From Trichosphaerium sp. ATCC 40318 (lineage: Eukaryota > Protista > Tubulinea), in NCBI GenBank assembly GCA_038496445.1, contig JALMLS010000143.1, positions 124,001-188,000 of the forward strand: 64,000 nt of DNA, written 5' to 3'. Each line of letters opens with the position of its first letter. Position 1 is the first letter of the stretch. Below are positions 60,901 through 64,000 of this stretch, piece after piece. A program made the position numbers and the translations under genes. A model generated the notes under the pieces. The model saw only the letters and a list, made by a program, of their open reading frames with translations. It was not told the DNA's origin and ran no database searches.

Positions 60901-63900
60901 TCAGTCATCTTGACCATTCATAGCGGATTCCTCAGAGCTTCTATTAATATTTGTAGGACGTCTTGGCATACGCGATACATATGAAGATGTCTTTGAGGGA
61001 CTGGCGCTTGAAGCTTCCTCAACAACAACTTTAATGCCAGGATTGACAGTGTCTTGTAGAGATAACTTTCTGCTAGAACCTTCTCTTCTTACTTGTTTCT
61101 TACGCTTGTTTATCTGTTCACGCCTTGCCAAAACTAATCAAAACTTATTAATTTATTTACAAGCACAAAGCAAAATGTCACGTGCCTTTTTTCATTTTAG
61201 TCTCGCCTTGAGAAATACGACGAATAAGGGAATCGTTGTGTGCTATGAAAGATGTTAACTTAAATTAAAAAAAAAAGTTTTTTCTTACCTTGCAGGCTAT
61301 TAACTGTCTCTTTCACAGCTGAAAGTTCCTTTAGTAATTGCGCCTTTTCATCTATTTATAATTAATATCGAGGTATTTAATGTTATTACACAAGTACCTG
61401 TGAGAGCGTCATTGTTTTCTTGAAGTTCAATAAATTGAGCTACAAAAGCCTTTGATTCCCTATCCCTTGAATCTCTGGAGGTCATCTCAGCGTCTTGCTC
61501 TAAAGCATCTTCTTCTATAGGCTTTTGTGCCCAAAGAAACCTACGAGGAGAAACACCATCACTAGGTCTCACAAGTGGCATCGAGCAACTAAGCATTTCT
61601 CGGTCAGTTGGTTCTTCTCCGCTTGATCCATCAATATCATCAATTAAGCCTTTCTTTTCCTTCTTCTTTATACGCAGCACATATGCCGGAATGAATTGTG
61701 CTGCTAAACAATAGTTTAGACATTAAAGGGGTAAACGGTTTTTGGTGTTTTTTTGAAACACGTGATTTTCACGTGCCTGTGCCAACTATTAATTCATCTT
61801 TCCAAAATTTACTTATTGTAGTTGATTTTCTTTGTTTTTTATTTTTTGGTGTTAGTTTACCAGATCCAATATTCTTATTTGACTTTGTGCGTTTAATATT
61901 ATTTTCAGGAATAACTGGAAGGCCATCATTGCCAACAACGGCATAGTGACTTTGATAATTATCCTACAAACACAAAATTAAAAATAAAACCCACACGGAG
62001 ATGACTTGCCTTTAAACTTGTTGTAGCTAGCGAAATACTCGCGTCCTTCGGATTTTCTGTGGCCTACACAATGCATTAAATAGTTATGATTCTATTTAAA
62101 TTGTAGACATACTGGGTATGGTCTACCAGGAGCCACATAACACAGTATAATTGTTTTTTCTGTAGTTTTTGCATATTGTGTTACGTATGAAATATTGCTA
62201 CAATGTGTCAACAACAAAGTTTAGCGTATTGCGTATACGTACGATGAGAAATAGTATCCTTCGCCATACCTAATTATTGTGTGTTACGAAGATCACGTGT
62301 ACAAAAGAAAAATGGTACCATCCAAGTGCTGTTTTCATATTACTTAAATTCTCTTGGAATATCAATTTAAGCGCTTCCTCTTCTATACCATGAGCCATCA
62401 AGTACACAGGCTATATAAAAATTCCATTAGTGTATTAAAAGCTATTTTCATAGTATAACATATGGGCACAACGAAGGATTATTTGTTTCTTTTTTTTTTT
62501 TTTTTTCACGTGCAACTTGTGGTTTTTTCTTGTTCCATTTGTATTGATCTTTTAATGCGTTGAAGCATCGCAAAACTTTTCTCTGTGCGTTGTTATACTT
62601 TTTACCAGACGCATCTTTCCGTGTCGAATTATTGGTACCTAACCTGCAATAACAATATCAGATGACCTCGAAAACTAAAAAACAGCTCAAAATTAAACAA
62701 CTTACTCGTCTTTTTCAAGTTTATACGCCAAGTCAGATGTATATTGCTCAAACTGACTAGTAACCCACGCATTATGAGCCTTAATGAATATTTAATATAG
62801 TGACCAAACGTTAATATAAGAAAGTGTCATGACGTGCCATAATTGCTTCTGTAATTTCAAAACCATCCGACTCTTGTAGTTTAAAAAAGTAATCTTTGAG
62901 CCTCTTCAGTTCTCTTACAGCCACTGGGTCGTTCTTATTCATTAAATTCAGCGTTCTTGTAGCACTCCGTGAGCGCTTAGAAGAATGTCGCGATCCTTGC
63001 CTGAACCCTTGAAGACCATCCATCTCGCGCCAATCAAAATGCCATTGCCATGTCATCGCAAAATCTAATCTAAAGTTCGGTATCCAAGGATGTCGCCCAT
63101 TCTTAACTCCTACGGAAAAGAATTAAGTACGCAGTTTATGATAACATAACGCTAGTATTGAGGTACCTTCCTTGGTGTTCTTGTATTCACTATAGTACTT
63201 GTCAATGTGTGATTTTACTTCATTCGGTTTACTCCATAGTGACGAAGGTACATCACAAACTAAACCAAGCTACATTGTATGACATTCAAAGTACAGGTAC
63301 ATGTACATGTTTCGTACTTGTAAATCAGGAGATATCTTACATGCTGTTCTATCCTTGTAGAAGTCAATACTGAAGTTTGTTTTTGATTTAATCTGTCAAC
63401 CGACGTACGAACTGTTTTCCTGTTATCTTGGTGTAGTAGATCTCCCACATGAACGATAAAATGGATCCTGTCCTCAATGCAGTTTCAGCATAGTCATGAC
63501 CAAACTACAAATGTCACGTGGTATTAATGAATGCTTAGTACCATATTACAAGCCCATCCAGTTAATTGTTTGTAATTATTTGTTGAGCACTTCTTTTGTG
63601 GTAATTCTTTCATCCACTGTTTAGGTGGTTGAGTGGAATGTAATAGTATATTAATAGCGCTTGATTTATTAGGTATATTCATAAGAGCAACCTAGACAGA
63701 AGACAGTTTAGAAACTTGTTATCAAGTTTTTTTTGAATATTTCTCGAGTACCATAAGTGGTGTCAATCCTGCATTATTCGTTTTATTTACATCTATCCCT
63801 TGATTTATCAATATTCTTAGCACGTGGCAATCAGGGTTTTCAAGGCTCACTAAAATAAGATCTTTAAACACAAACACAATTGAATAAAAAATTGTGTTGT

Positions 63901-64000
63901 ACCTGCGTGATGCAGTGGTGTATTTCCTTTCTTATCAGTACTATTAACATCGATGCCACATTGATATAATGAATTTATTGTTCGCTTGATACCTTTACGA
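60901..64000 (-). CDS. Ankyrin-repeat + PARP-like ADP-ribosyltransferase + coiled-coil protein; 5' end outside the window
   Basis: Ankyrin GIDVNSTDKKGNTPLHHA and GIDVNKKTNNAGLTPL. ART motifs YLMAHG, GWYGEGYYFSS..Y, ILCYVAPGRPYP, YQSHYAVV, DELIV..AQFIPAYVL. Confidence 0.8.

Noticed and set aside
1-64000. Alternative genetic code or stop-codon readthrough to explain fragmented ORFs
   Set aside because: Fragmentation is explained by introns, and TAA, TAG and TGA all terminate well-conserved genes.

Overview
Compact, AT-rich (~35% GC by eye) eukaryotic genomic DNA with many short spliceosomal introns (mostly ~30-60 nt) and the standard genetic code, so the ORF track shows only exon fragments. 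I spliced the genes by hand. Gene content (family C GPCR, C2-RasGAP, phosphoesterase-type PLC, ankyrin-PARP, Acanthamoeba-like 5S rRNA) suggests a free-living protist, probably an amoebozoan (inference). About 28 protein genes are supported, plus a 5S rRNA gene inside a TRAPPC13 intron and a ~2.6 kb inverted duplication. Main discovery: the minus-strand gene at 49910-56085 encodes a bacterial-type VIT-vWA-TPR-DUF2135 scaffold. Its central region carries a Qb-type SNARE motif and a circularly permuted Rab1-like GTPase with motif order G2-G3-G4-G5-G1; the P-loop GDSAVGKS comes last. I suggest this may be an integrated decoy or sensor module. Other highlights: ~10-fold excess of CACGTG, six GC-AG introns whose donors read GCACGTG, a TOPLESS-like corepressor head-to-head with a BRF2-like gene, an Arf with a degenerate G3 box, and intronless F-box genes with giant-virus-style repeats. 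Product calls rest on remembered motif similarity; no database searches were run.
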